This document shows, piece after piece, positions 10,726 through 21,223 of a DNA stretch of 64,000 nt. The notes beneath the pieces are model-generated. The model was not told where the DNA came from, made no database searches, and saw only the letters and a list, made by a program, of their open reading frames with translations. Origin of the DNA: an uncultured Gammaproteobacteria bacterium. GTDB taxonomy: Bacteria > Patescibacteriota > Microgenomatia > CAYXHB01 > CAZYTL01. The stretch covers positions 149,552-213,551 of the forward strand of contig CAZYTL010000001.1 in the NCBI GenBank assembly GCA_964650355.1, given 5' to 3'. The translations under genes and the position numbers were made by a program. Positions within the stretch are counted from its first letter, which is position 1. Every line of letters starts with the position of its first letter.

Positions 10726-12294
10726 TCAATTGTATGTCATCTGGGTGTAAGCGGGATAAGGGTTGTCTCCCAAAGACTCGGAGCGAAATCTGATTGCCCG
10801 ATGATACAGATCCGTATATCTTTCCGCAGCGTGTTCCCAAGAAAAATCCTTTAACATTGCCCTTCGAATTAAGCCCCGCCATACTCTGGGATTCTTAAAA
10901 TACTCCAGCGCCCGAACTAAAGCGCCGTAAAATGCCCAGGGATTGTAATTTTTAAAAGTAAACCCATACCCTGTATTTTTCATGGGATTGTAATCTTCCA
11001 CCGTATCAGCCAATCCTCCCGTAGCCCTGGCCACCGGAATACTACCATAGCGCAAAGCTTCGATGCAGGTAATTCCTCCTGGCTCATAAGCGGAGGGCAA
11101 TAAAAAAATGTCAGAACCGGCAAATATCTTTCTGGGTAAGGTAAAATTAGCCATTAAATGAGTGCCCACCTGGCCGGCAAATTTCTTTTCCATGGCGACT
11201 AAAAATTGCCTGGCGTGGCTATCTGGTTCCCCCATGGCAATAAACTGAACCGGATATTCGCGCAGCAAAATGGGGAGCACCTCTTCCAAGAGTTCTATGC
11301 CTTTTTGTCCCGTTAATCTGCCTTCAATTGACAGCAACGGCAATGAAGGATCTTCGGGTAAATTAAATTCCCTTTGTAAATCAATTTTATTTTCTTGCCT
11401 GGTTTCTAAATTGGTAACCGAGAAATTTTTATAAATAATCTTGTCTGTTTTAGGATTGAATTCTTCGTAGTCTAATCCATTTAAAATCCCGAACACTTTG
11501 GTCCTGACCTCTTTAAGCAACTGATCTAATCCTTCTCCATAGTCAGGCAACATGATCTCCTGAGCATATTTTTCCGATACTGTATTGACCACGTCAGCGT
11601 ACATGATACCGCGTTTAACACTATTCTGTTTTTGTAGTCGGGGATCAAAAAACGGTGCTAGACGACTTTTGCCGTCATCAAAATCGATCTCGCTGGCATA
11701 CTTATACTCAAAGGGCCCCTGATAGGGAAGATTGTGAATGGAAAAGACCAATCCTACCTTATCCAACTTCTTATTGTTCTTATACTCAGTTCTTAAATAA
11801 TTGGCCAGATATCCGGTATGCCAGTCTGAGGCATTAATTACATCCGGTTTCCAATTTGCTTTTAATAACCATTCAACTGCTCCGCGGGATAACAGTGCAA
11901 ATCGGATATGGTCATCCTGATACTGATAGACATTGGCTCTCTGTTCATAGTATTCCTGGTTTTCAAGAAAGTAGACAATCGGGTCTTTGGTACTCCCCAA
12001 CCATCGCTTAACGTTGCAAATTAACGAATGCTTATGATCTTTATCTGTATGTCCCGTTGGTACACTTAACTCCTTCATTTCCATGGTCATCGGGTAGCGT
12101 TTTTCGTCAATCAATCCAAACTTAGGAGTAAAAATTCTTACGTCATGACCCATTTTGATTAAGGCTCTAGACAGAAAATACATCACTTGTGACAGACCAC
12201 CTACGGAAGAAAAAGGAGCCACTTCTGCCGCCACAAAGAGAATTTTTAATTGTTTGCCTTTATTCCTTGCTTTTCTGCTAATTCCTTTAGCCAT
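10726..12294 (-). CDS. glgA: Glycogen synthase
   Basis: EVAPFSSVGGL, DWHTG, IHN, NGLD, PSAYEPGG, TGGLADTV; start moved to MAKG. Confidence 0.93.
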   Translation of the reverse strand: MAKGISRKARNKGKQLKILFVAAEVAPFSSVGGLSQVMYFLSRALIKMGHDVRIFTPKFGLIDEKRYPMTMEMKELSVPTGHTDKDHKHSLICNVKRWLGSTKDPIVYFLENQEYYEQRANVYQYQDDHIRFALLSRGAVEWLLKANWKPDVINASDWHTGYLANYLRTEYKNNKKLDKVGLVFSIHNLPYQGPFEYKYASEIDFDDGKSRLAPFFDPRLQKQNSVKRGIMYADVVNTVSEKYAQEIMLPDYGEGLDQLLKEVRTKVFGILNGLDYEEFNPKTDKIIYKNFSVTNLETRQENKIDLQREFNLPEDPSLPLLSIEGRLTGQKGIELLEEVLPILLREYPVQFIAMGEPDSHARQFLVAMEKKFAGQVGTHLMANFTLPRKIFAGSDIFLLPSAYEPGGITCIEALRYGSIPVARATGGLADTVEDYNPMKNTGYGFTFKNYNPWAFYGALVRALEYFKNPRVWRGLIRRAMLKDFSWEHAAERYTDLYHRAIRFRSESLGDNPYPAYTQMTYN

Positions 12295-12405
12295 AAATCT
12301 TCTTATAACAATTCTACCACATTTCAATCCAGTTCAAGTAGCTACTGACGAACAGAAAACAAAGCCGTTGTCTTTCCATAGATAACGGCTTCCCCTAACA
12401 GAAGA

Positions 12406-13389
12406 CTAATTTACCTTGGACACAATTTTGGGAATTAACCAGTCAGGCACTCGGGAGCCTTTAGCCTCTTCCTGGCCTTCCGGCTCTCCAGCGGCTTCTG
12501 GGACTGAGTCCTGGGGTTGAGTTTCTGCCACTTGTTCTGGTTCCTGATCCATACCAGTCACCTGATCAACTGGAGCGGCAGGACTGGTTTTTTCAGGTAC
12601 AATTAAAGTCTGGCTACTTGCTGGTTGTTTACTGGCAAGCGGGGTCCTGGAGTAAGCTCTGATAGCTCCATAACGCAAACACATCGCCACTGTTTCCAGC
12701 GTCTGAGGTGCGGTATCTGGATTAGTCAAATTTGCTGTTTTATATTCAATTCCAGAGAGCAAATTAGTAGCGATATCCGCATCCATCTCAAACTGCATTC
12801 CCTGCAGTAAATTAAAAATTATCTCCGAAACTGAAGACGCCTGTTGATCTACAAATTCATAATTTTTCGGATGATCGGGTTGCGGTGTGGATCCAATCCG
12901 TACTAAATGAGTAGAGCTAATCAAAGATTGGAAATATTGTTTTTCAAAGTGAGAAAAATCATTCGGGTGGTTCGTATCGATGAAAAAAATCACTTCTGAT
13001 TTGAAGGCCTGGTAGGCGTAAGAAATTGCCTGATGATCCGGAGAAGGATAACCCTTCCTAGGTTCAATAATGATTTCAAAATGACCACTCTGCTGATTAA
13101 CCTCAGTGTAAACCTTTTCGATATTGTCTTTTTGACCGGGTAAGGAAATCACCAAATTGTTCCCTGTCAACTGATTTATCACCTGATCCACGCCGATTAG
13201 CCGATTATGTTCCACTGTTAGTTGAGTAGGAGAGTAGGTATGAATCTGTTTTTTGTCCTTCAATATACTTAAATGCAGCCCTAAAGCAGCTGCTAAAATA
13301 TCCAAATCAGGTTCAGGAGGTAAGATAGTTAAGAAGGAATGGGAGTGAGCTAGTAACTGTTTTAACTCATCAATGTTAGTATGTGCCAT
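12406..13389 (-). CDS. DHH-family (NrnA-like) protein, degenerate motifs, acidic low-complexity tail
   Basis: PDLD, ASSVSEI, ATNLLSGI motifs; position downstream of infB. Confidence 0.7.
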   Translation of the reverse strand: MAHTNIDELKQLLAHSHSFLTILPPEPDLDILAAALGLHLSILKDKKQIHTYSPTQLTVEHNRLIGVDQVINQLTGNNLVISLPGQKDNIEKVYTEVNQQSGHFEIIIEPRKGYPSPDHQAISYAYQAFKSEVIFFIDTNHPNDFSHFEKQYFQSLISSTHLVRIGSTPQPDHPKNYEFVDQQASSVSEIIFNLLQGMQFEMDADIATNLLSGIEYKTANLTNPDTAPQTLETVAMCLRYGAIRAYSRTPLASKQPASSQTLIVPEKTSPAAPVDQVTGMDQEPEQVAETQPQDSVPEAAGEPEGQEEAKGSRVPDWLIPKIVSKVN

Positions 13390-13401
13390 AATAATAATCC
13401 C

Positions 13402-14811
13402 CTAATAACTAATTATATCGTCTCCAACATGAAAGTCAACATAAGGCGAGAACACAGCGCCAAACTCTGCACCTGAAGCCACCTTGTTCACTTCCTCTTT
13501 GCCCTGTCTTAAAGACTTGATTTTGGTTTTTTTCACTAGCTGGCCATTTCTTAAAAGTAACACCTGATGATCTTTTGATAACTCACCTTCTGCTACTTTG
13601 CCGCCGGCAATCCGATCCTTGTTAATCTTAAACTCGGCCAAAATTTCCGCTTTGGCTTTCACTTCAATCCCATACAAAGGATCAATTAATCGCTGATACT
13701 GATCCGCCAGATATTCAAATAATTCATAAATAATTTTAAAAGTCTTCACTGTCACCTCCTCCGTTTCCGCCAGTTTAGTTACTGATTTGGGCACTGACAC
13801 ATGGAAACCTATCACTTGGGCTCCTGAAGTTTTGGCCAGCAGAATATCATTTTCCGAAATATCACCTACACCTTCGGCTAGTAACTGGATCCCTTTGGGT
13901 AAGGAATTTATTATCGCCTCACTGGAGCCTGCCACATCAGCTTTAACAATGATGGGTAATTTCTGCTCCTGATTCAGGGTGGGGGGAGGAACAGCCGGTA
14001 ACCCGGACGGCTGAACTATGGGCAGATCAGTCGGTAATCCGCTGTGGACTTGGGCTCCCACCGGCGGCACTTCCGTAAAACCCAATATCTGAACTGGTTG
14101 GCTGGGTCCAGCCTCTTTAATCGGCCGGCCCTGGTAATCAAACATGGCCTTGATTTTGCCAGTAATAGTTTCCGCATGGATTGCCTGTCCGATTTTTAAG
14201 CTCCCATTACGTACTATCAGGTTGGCAATCGCACCCCTGCGGTTGTCTAGCTCTGATTCAATCACCACCGCTTCCAGCGTCGCTTGCGGATCTCCTTTCA
14301 ATTCCAAGGTTTCCGCCAGCAAGGCAATCATCTGTAACAACTCATCCACTCCTTGTCCGGTCACTGCTGATACAGGTACTGCGATCACTTTGCCCCCCTG
14401 ATCTTCGGTCGGGTGACCTCGCTCGACCAATTGACTCTTCACTTGCTGGGCATCCGCACCGGGCAAATCCATTTTGTTAATGGCCACCAAAAAAGGCACC
14501 TGCGCTTGGTTGATATGTTGCAGAGACTCCTCTGTTTGCGGTTTGATCCCTTCATTGGCCGCAATCACTAACACCACCAAGTCTGCTACTTGTCCGCCCC
14601 GGGCTCGCATCTTTTCAAACGCCGCGTGTCCGGGAGTATCCACAAAAGTAATCGCGGGATTATCAATTTGATAAGCATTGATGTGTTGAGTGATCCCGCC
14701 TGATTCCTTTTCTGTGACCTTGGTTTTCCGGATATAATCCAGCAAACTGGTTTTGCCATGATCCACATGGCCCATGATGGTGACGATTGGTGGTCGATTA
14801 GCCATAACCAT
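13402..14811 (-). CDS. infB: Translation initiation factor IF-2 (short form)
   Basis: [39 protein letters not shown]. Confidence 0.97.
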   Translation of the reverse strand: MVMANRPPIVTIMGHVDHGKTSLLDYIRKTKVTEKESGGITQHINAYQIDNPAITFVDTPGHAAFEKMRARGGQVADLVVLVIAANEGIKPQTEESLQHINQAQVPFLVAINKMDLPGADAQQVKSQLVERGHPTEDQGGKVIAVPVSAVTGQGVDELLQMIALLAETLELKGDPQATLEAVVIESELDNRRGAIANLIVRNGSLKIGQAIHAETITGKIKAMFDYQGRPIKEAGPSQPVQILGFTEVPPVGAQVHSGLPTDLPIVQPSGLPAVPPPTLNQEQKLPIIVKADVAGSSEAIINSLPKGIQLLAEGVGDISENDILLAKTSGAQVIGFHVSVPKSVTKLAETEEVTVKTFKIIYELFEYLADQYQRLIDPLYGIEVKAKAEILAEFKINKDRIAGGKVAEGELSKDHQVLLLRNGQLVKKTKIKSLRQGKEEVNKVASGAEFGAVFSPYVDFHVGDDIISY

Positions 14812-14933
14812 AGCTCCACAACAATTCCTTAGTTACAGCCCAAAGTAGAAGTATTTAGAAGCGACTATTCAATATTTTCTTTCATAATCATTACTACTTA
14901 ATTACTTCAATCTGTAACTTGGAATTCTCAAAA

Positions 14934-16157
14934 TTAGTCAGACAATTTTTTTATCTCTTCAATGGCCTTTGGCCCGATGCCTTTGATGGCTTTGAGTTCA
15001 TCTTCAGATTTCTGCTTTAAATCAGCCACACTAGTAATGCCTTCCTTGGCCAAAATGTTAACCACTTTAGCAGACAAACCTGCTTGCTCCAACTCATTGG
15101 TAGCCGGTTTCTCAGACTTTTCCTCTGCCTTCACAGTATCGTCAGTCGGGTGGGCGGAAACCGGTTTGGCTCCGGAAGCTCCCACAATATCTAATTTGAA
15201 TCCGGTTAATTTTGCCGCCAGCCTCACGTTTTGACCTTCTTTGCCAATGGCGAGAGACAACTGATCATCCGGGACCACCACCTTGGCTAACATCTTATCC
15301 TGATCGATAGCTACCGACTCTACTTCTGCCGGAGCAATCGCACCAGTAATGAACTTGACCGGATCTTCGTCATATTGAATAATATCCAACTTTTCACCGC
15401 TTAACTCATCAATTACGGCCTGAACCCTGACCCCTTTTTGACCCACACAAGAACCCACTGGATCCACCCCGGGTTGAGTAGAGTGGACTGCTACTTTGGT
15501 TCGGCTGCCTGGTTCTCTGGCAATCGCCATAATTTCTACCGCCCCTGTGGAAACTTCAGGAACCTCTCTCCCGAACAACAGTCTCACCAATTCTTTGTTG
15601 GCTCTGGAAACCACAACTTCTTGGCCTTTCATTGATTGCCTGATTCCCTCGATGAGAAATGTCAAATGCTGATTCAGGTGATATTTGTCAGTGCTCACCT
15701 GTTCGTGTGGAGGTAACACAGCTTCAGCTTTACCCAAGGCGACAATAATGTTTGGCCCGTCAAACCGTAAAATCATTCCGTTAATCAAAGTACTTACTTT
15801 ATCTTCAAATTGGCTGATGGTAGCTGCTTTTTCAGCTTCTCTGATTTTTTGCAGAATCACTTGTTTGGCAGTTTGAGCTGCAATTCTTCCAAATCCCGGA
15901 GGGGTCACTTCCTTTTTTTGATCCTCGTCATCTTCGGGCCAACCCCACACTTGGGCTGCTCCAGTAGCCGGATCCAATGTCACTTCATAATTCCAGGTAT
16001 CATCCAAAATCTCGCCTGTTTCCCGGGCATCTCTTTTATAGGCTGCTAATATGGCAGTTTTTATTGTTTCAATGACCACTTCCGGCTCTACACCGCGTTC
16101 GGTCGCGAGTTGGTTTACAGCAGCGGCAAATTCTGTTCTGGCGGTTAAAGGACGCAT
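14934..16157 (-). CDS. nusA: Transcription factor NusA with C-terminal HhH domain
   Basis: FGRIAAQTAKQVI, AREPGSRTK, CVGQKG, AIGKEGQNVRLAAKLTG. Confidence 0.97.
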   Translation of the reverse strand: MRPLTARTEFAAAVNQLATERGVEPEVVIETIKTAILAAYKRDARETGEILDDTWNYEVTLDPATGAAQVWGWPEDDEDQKKEVTPPGFGRIAAQTAKQVILQKIREAEKAATISQFEDKVSTLINGMILRFDGPNIIVALGKAEAVLPPHEQVSTDKYHLNQHLTFLIEGIRQSMKGQEVVVSRANKELVRLLFGREVPEVSTGAVEIMAIAREPGSRTKVAVHSTQPGVDPVGSCVGQKGVRVQAVIDELSGEKLDIIQYDEDPVKFITGAIAPAEVESVAIDQDKMLAKVVVPDDQLSLAIGKEGQNVRLAAKLTGFKLDIVGASGAKPVSAHPTDDTVKAEEKSEKPATNELEQAGLSAKVVNILAKEGITSVADLKQKSEDELKAIKGIGPKAIEEIKKLSD

Positions 16158-16216
16158 AAAATTTAGATTTCAGTAATCAGTTTATATTATTTGAAGATTG
16201 GTAACTGGGATTTAAT

Positions 16217-16295
16217 AAAAAGGGTGGACATTTCGCCCACCTCCCACAAATCTTCTTACCACCATTATCTTACCATTCGAACCCAATCCAGTCAA
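16217..16295 (-). promoter_or_regulatory. nusA promoter and leader terminator hairpin
   Basis: TTGACT-17-TAAGAT, then GGTGGGC-GAAAT-GTCCACC-CTTTTT upstream of nusA. Confidence 0.6.
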
Positions 16296-16352
16296 TCAAT
16301 ACCTCAACTGACCATTCCGTCAATCAATGATTGCTTACGTTCAGAACTTAAT

Positions 16353-16874
16353 CTATTTCTGCTCCAGATACAATTGATAATCAAACCAATTCACTACTCC
16401 ATCATTATTCAAGTCAAACCTTAAATCTGCTGTCCCAAAAGCATTCTTAAATTCTTCTTCAGACAACTTTGGCGGCGTATCCGTAGGCGGGGTTTTAAAT
16501 TGCCAAGGTTGACCTCCGTTATCAAAAACTTCCTGTCCCACTTGAATCTGGAAATAATAAGTACTATCTGGTTCCAAATTATTTAAAGTCACCCTGTGGG
16601 TCTTCACCGAAGACAACTCTGTTTGCGTTTGCTCCAAAGCAGTCGGACTTTTACCATATAAGATTAGACTGATTACTTCCTGCTCTGTGGTCCAGCTTAT
16701 CACTGCCTGATCAGAACCCACCACTCTGGACTGCGCGTTTTGAGGCTTGCCTATTCCTGTTTGAGCTCTGGATAAATAACTTGTCATCTGCCTCACCGCA
16801 AAAATCCCCGTTACCAATCCCATGATCAACAGCACAACAATGAGGAGATTAATAAAAATTTTCTTTTTATTCAT
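16353..16874 (-). CDS. Membrane-anchored FN3/purple-acid-phosphatase-N-like protein with C-terminal dockerin-like motif
   Basis: N-terminal TM, ISWTT...HRVTLNNLEPDSTYYF, DLNNDGVVNWFD. Confidence 0.75.
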   Translation of the reverse strand: MNKKKIFINLLIVVLLIMGLVTGIFAVRQMTSYLSRAQTGIGKPQNAQSRVVGSDQAVISWTTEQEVISLILYGKSPTALEQTQTELSSVKTHRVTLNNLEPDSTYYFQIQVGQEVFDNGGQPWQFKTPPTDTPPKLSEEEFKNAFGTADLRFDLNNDGVVNWFDYQLYLEQK

Positions 16875-16887
16875 AACCCGTTCGCCG

Positions 16888-17667
16888 CTACCAAATAAAT
16901 AATATCACGCTGCCCATCAACAGAATAGCCCCAAATACAGACAAAGTCAATGTGGGAGTCATAGATCCGCTGTCTAACAACTCACCCACTGGAGTAGGCG
17001 TCGGGGTGGAAGATGTTGATCCGCTTGACCCAATTTCCTTTGTGGGAACTGGAGTAGGAGTAGTCGTAACTGATGGAGTGGGAGTTCCAGTGGTTCCCAC
17101 AGCCCCTCCTGTAGGACTCGGACTCGGAGTAGATTGAGCTGCCGCTGTTACCGTATACGAGCCGTTAACTACAGATAAACAGTCCAAAATATCTTGGGCT
17201 ACTCCTTGTTTAATAATATTACTGTCATTTGTAGCTCCTGAAGTACATTTAATCGTCACTGCTGACACCCCTTCTGCCACACCTGTAAAATTAATAGTGG
17301 CTAACACGCCAGAGCCTTGAAAGTTGTCTCCCGGTCCGCCTCCAGAGAAATAACTAAAAGTGGATAACTTTCCTCCTGTATTATCAATATTGGGCACATT
17401 TTGCGGATACAGAGTGCCAAAGGTCACATCAGTAACATTTAAAATCGTGGGGTCGTAATTCAATACCAAGTCCGTTTCAATCGAAGAGTCGGTTCCGGTG
17501 TCCAACATGACCTGCACACTAAACTGACTACCGCTGTCCGTGGTCGGGGATAATGACAAAGATCCGGCCGCTCTCACTTGAGGCGCAACAAACAAGCCAG
17601 CCATCAAAAACAATCCTCCAACCAAACCTCTTCGCCAGCTTAAAATATCTCGTAACTGCTCAATCAT
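16888..17667 (-). CDS. Secreted cohesin-domain protein with Pro/Thr linker and C-terminal TM anchor
   Basis: Signal peptide, FSVQVMLD...DLVLNYDPTIL...GVLATINF, TPTP linker, LLDSG + hydrophobic tail. Confidence 0.75.
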   Translation of the reverse strand: MIEQLRDILSWRRGLVGGLFLMAGLFVAPQVRAAGSLSLSPTTDSGSQFSVQVMLDTGTDSSIETDLVLNYDPTILNVTDVTFGTLYPQNVPNIDNTGGKLSTFSYFSGGGPGDNFQGSGVLATINFTGVAEGVSAVTIKCTSGATNDSNIIKQGVAQDILDCLSVVNGSYTVTAAAQSTPSPSPTGGAVGTTGTPTPSVTTTPTPVPTKEIGSSGSTSSTPTPTPVGELLDSGSMTPTLTLSVFGAILLMGSVILFIW

Positions 17668-17761
17668 AACTTCATTGTGAACAACTTCAAAAAAAGAATC
17701 AAGACCCGAATCACTGGTTGCAATTTCACCGTTCTCATGCTTATACTAAGGTTCAGCAAAC

Positions 17762-18244
17762 ATGGACGATTCCACTACCCCTCCTCCAGATCAGCCCCAG
17801 GTGACAGATCAATCCAGTTCTCAGGGGCAAGTCAACGAAAACCAGCCATTTGACATTCAGGCTTTTGAAGCCACCAGAGAGATTGCCGCCCGTCAGGCAC
17901 AAAGACTGCAAGAAATTAAAAAAGAACTCAAAATTTACGCCGAGCAACTCAAAGACCTGCTGGAAAATGATCAGCCGTTAGTAGAAGCTGAACAAGCAGC
18001 CAAAGACTTAACTCAGAAAGTCAAACTACGCAAAACCGAGATTCTGGAAACCACCGAAGCCAAGAACATCAAACTTAAAATTACCGACATTAAAGAAGAA
18101 CGATCCGATATCGAAGACAGCCTCAGTGCCCATCTGGTTGACCTTTATCAGACCACCGGAGTGATGGAATTTGAAGACCAACAAGGCAACTTGTGGGAAT
18201 ACGACATCAAAGGCAAGATCAAGACCCGGAAAAAACCTTCCTAG
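17762..18244 (+). CDS. hypothetical coiled-coil protein
   Basis: 160-aa ORF, heptad-rich. Confidence 0.65.
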   Translation: MDDSTTPPPDQPQVTDQSSSQGQVNENQPFDIQAFEATREIAARQAQRLQEIKKELKIYAEQLKDLLENDQPLVEAEQAAKDLTQKVKLRKTEILETTEAKNIKLKITDIKEERSDIEDSLSAHLVDLYQTTGVMEFEDQQGNLWEYDIKGKIKTRKKPS

Positions 18245-18380
18245 ACAACCTCCTGAATAATAAGTCGGATATCAACGAACGACTGTTGGTGTAGAGATTA
18301 AGATGGTAACATAACATAAATATATCTTGTTGGTGCTCATTAATCTAAAGATTCGAGCTAAGTCTGCCAACTCTTGAAGC

Positions 18381-19409
18381 ATGAAAATCATCTTCCTTTG
18401 TCACTATTTTCATCCCCGAATCGGGGGGGTAGAAAAGCACGTCTTTAGGGTAGCAGAAGAACTAATCCGTCAGGGCCATGAAATTGTAGTGATTACTAGC
18501 CAGTACACACCAGACTTATTAACTCACGACCAGATCGATGGCATAAAAATTTATCGCATTAAACTACCTGGAAATCATTGGCAGCGACCCTCGAAAATAC
18601 AACTTTGGAAATGGATGGTTAAACACCGCAATTTATTTAAACCAGCTGATATCATTCATTGTCATGATGTTTTCTTCTGGTATTTGCCTTTAAGGTTTTT
18701 ACTACCATTTAAACCCATTTTCACCACGTTTCATGGTTATGAGGGTAAGTGCCCGCCTGACAAAAAATCTATTTTCATCCGGAAAATATCTGAAAAATTG
18801 TCTTTTGGCAATCTTTGCGTAGGTAAGTATTTAGAAAAGTGGTACGGAACCCATGCTAGTGAGATCACCTATGGAGCTACAGAAATACCATCCAAAATCC
18901 CCTCTCCAAAATCAAAAACCTCAGCAGTATTTATCGGAAGAATAGACCAAGATACAGGTATTCCGCAATATTTAGAAACGATTGATTTACTAAACAAACA
19001 AGGAATCAAGCTCAAAGTGGAATTTTGCGGGGACGGTCCCTTACGTAACCAGGCGCAAAAGCGCGGTCGGGTCCTCGGATTCCAAAAAGACATCACCGGC
19101 CCCCTTTCCAGAAATAGATTCGCTTTCGTATCAAGTTATTTATGTATACTAGAAGCGATGGCTCACCACCGATTAGTTTTTGCTGTTTATGATAATGATC
19201 TTAAAAGAGACACTTTATTAATGAGTCCCTTTTTACCATATATAAATATCTCCTCTTCATCTACAAACCTCGCCCGTCAGATTAAAGAAGCCCTCGCCGG
19301 GCCGAATCTTGAACGGGAAATGGTAGACCAAGCATATAAATGGGTCAAAATCCAAACTTGGCAGCAATTGACCCAAAAGTATGTAAACCTTTGGCAAACT
19401 AAATCTTGA
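18381..19409 (+). CDS. Glycosyltransferase family 4
   Basis: PRIGGVEKH, DIIHCHD, FIGRI, GDGPLR, LEAMA. Confidence 0.9.
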   Translation: MKIIFLCHYFHPRIGGVEKHVFRVAEELIRQGHEIVVITSQYTPDLLTHDQIDGIKIYRIKLPGNHWQRPSKIQLWKWMVKHRNLFKPADIIHCHDVFFWYLPLRFLLPFKPIFTTFHGYEGKCPPDKKSIFIRKISEKLSFGNLCVGKYLEKWYGTHASEITYGATEIPSKIPSPKSKTSAVFIGRIDQDTGIPQYLETIDLLNKQGIKLKVEFCGDGPLRNQAQKRGRVLGFQKDITGPLSRNRFAFVSSYLCILEAMAHHRLVFAVYDNDLKRDTLLMSPFLPYINISSSSTNLARQIKEALAGPNLEREMVDQAYKWVKIQTWQQLTQKYVNLWQTKS

Positions 19410-19410
19410 T

Positions 19411-20439
19411 ATGGAAGTTTCTCTGATCACCACCGTGCTGAACGAAGAAAAGAGCATTTTAAAATTTTTGGAATCAATACTTAATCAAAATCAACTACCT
19501 GACGATGTCGTCATCGTTGACGGAGGATCAAAGGACAAAACCGTCGAGATTATAAGTCAATTCGCCAAAGAGCATCGCAAACCTCCGATTCAATTAATTA
19601 AATCGCCAGGTGCTAATCGATCAAAAGCAAGAAATCTGGCCATCCAAGGGTCCAAATATTCTGTGATTGCGGTTTCTGATTCCGGCTGTGAATTGCCGCC
19701 TCAATGGCTCGCTGAAATTACTCAGCCATTTAACAAGAAAAACATTGACATTGTGGCCGGTGCTTATCAGCCGATCACCAACACTCTCTGGCAGCGGGCC
19801 GCCGCCACTGGCGCATCAGTTAACTTCGCTCGCGTTAATCCGGCCACCTTTTTGCCTTCTTCCCGATCAGTGGCCTTTAGAAAGGCCGCCTGGAAAAAGG
19901 TGGGCGGTTATCCTGAACATCTTAATACCGCAGAGGATCTGGTTTTTGCGCAACGGTTATTAAAGGCCGGCTGTAAACAAGCTCTAGCCCGATCAGCAAG
20001 GGTAGATTGGTATCCTCCTTCCAGTACATTAAAAATCATTCGCCAATTTTTCCGCTATTCATTAGGAGACGGCTTGGCGGGACTAGAAGGACACCATGCC
20101 AGGAGATACCTGATCAAAACTCTTATTATCTTCTTAATCATCCTTGCCTACGCTCAAGCTTTAATTCCCTTACCCACTCTCGTCTTAGTCTGCTTACTTT
20201 GGTTTGCCTTCCAGGCCATGCGTAGAACCTGGGAGGATCCTTTCTTTACCCACGTTGGTTTTATTCGGGGTTTATATTTTTGGGCACACTTTGGCTGGGC
20301 AGTGATTCTTTTCCCTGTCACTTTGGCTGGCTTTTGGTTAGGCTTTGTTCGCAGTATAATCGAGACACCAGTACATGAAGACATAAAAAAGAAACCTTCA
20401 AATTACATTCCAATGAAAAATTTTGTTTTTATGCTCTAA
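19411..20439 (+). CDS. Glycosyltransferase family 2
   Basis: TVLNEE, VDGGSKD, ARN, GGYP..AED, C-terminal TMs. Confidence 0.9.
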   Translation: MEVSLITTVLNEEKSILKFLESILNQNQLPDDVVIVDGGSKDKTVEIISQFAKEHRKPPIQLIKSPGANRSKARNLAIQGSKYSVIAVSDSGCELPPQWLAEITQPFNKKNIDIVAGAYQPITNTLWQRAAATGASVNFARVNPATFLPSSRSVAFRKAAWKKVGGYPEHLNTAEDLVFAQRLLKAGCKQALARSARVDWYPPSSTLKIIRQFFRYSLGDGLAGLEGHHARRYLIKTLIIFLIILAYAQALIPLPTLVLVCLLWFAFQAMRRTWEDPFFTHVGFIRGLYFWAHFGWAVILFPVTLAGFWLGFVRSIIETPVHEDIKKKPSNYIPMKNFVFML

Positions 20440-20454
20440 TAGTCACCAGGTTTT

Positions 20455-21201
20455 ATGAATAACCTTACCGCTGTGGTGCTTACCAAAAATGAAGAAAAGA
20501 TCCTTGTCAGGTGTCTTACCAGCTTACAATGGTGTGATCAAATCTTGGTAATCGATGACTATTCAGAGGACGATACCACTGCGATCGCCAAAAAGCACGG
20601 GGCGAAAGTGTTCCAACATCGCCTCGACCAAAACTTTGCCCAACAAAGAAACTTTGCCCTTAAACAAGTAAACACCGAATGGACTTTATTTGTGGACGCC
20701 GATGAACAAGTCACTCCCCAATTGGCTAAAGAAATCCAAAAAGTGATTGTCCAAGACTATCCCCTGGCTTTCCGGATTAAAAGACAAGATATCTTCCTGG
20801 GTAAACATCTTAAACACGGGGAAACTCCTCAATGGAATCAAATTCGGTTAAGTGAAACCAAAGCCGGGGAGTGGGTCAGCCCGGTGCACGAGCTTTGGCG
20901 GGTACCTGGAACCGTTGGTCAACTGCACCAACCATTGCTCCATTATTCACACGACAACTTAGCCGAATTCCTGAATAAAATCAACCAATACACCACCATT
21001 GCAGCTCAACATCATTTTCGCCGGGGACATCGCAGCAATTGGTGGCAAATCATTGTTTACCCAGGAGGAAAATTTATCCGCAACTATCTTTTGCGTCTTG
21101 GTCTACTCGACGGGAGCCACGGGTTTGTTCACGCCGCCTTGATGAGCTTTCACTCCTTTTTGGTCAGAAGCAAGCTTTATTTAATCCAAAGAAGAGCCTG
21201 A
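20455..21201 (+). CDS. Glycosyltransferase family 2 (WaaE/KdtX-like)
   Basis: TKNEE, DDYSED, FAQQRN, VDADE, VHE, GLLDG. Confidence 0.9.
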   Translation: MNNLTAVVLTKNEEKILVRCLTSLQWCDQILVIDDYSEDDTTAIAKKHGAKVFQHRLDQNFAQQRNFALKQVNTEWTLFVDADEQVTPQLAKEIQKVIVQDYPLAFRIKRQDIFLGKHLKHGETPQWNQIRLSETKAGEWVSPVHELWRVPGTVGQLHQPLLHYSHDNLAEFLNKINQYTTIAAQHHFRRGHRSNWWQIIVYPGGKFIRNYLLRLGLLDGSHGFVHAALMSFHSFLVRSKLYLIQRRA

Positions 21202-21223
21202 CCTCCAGAGATCACTAACATTC

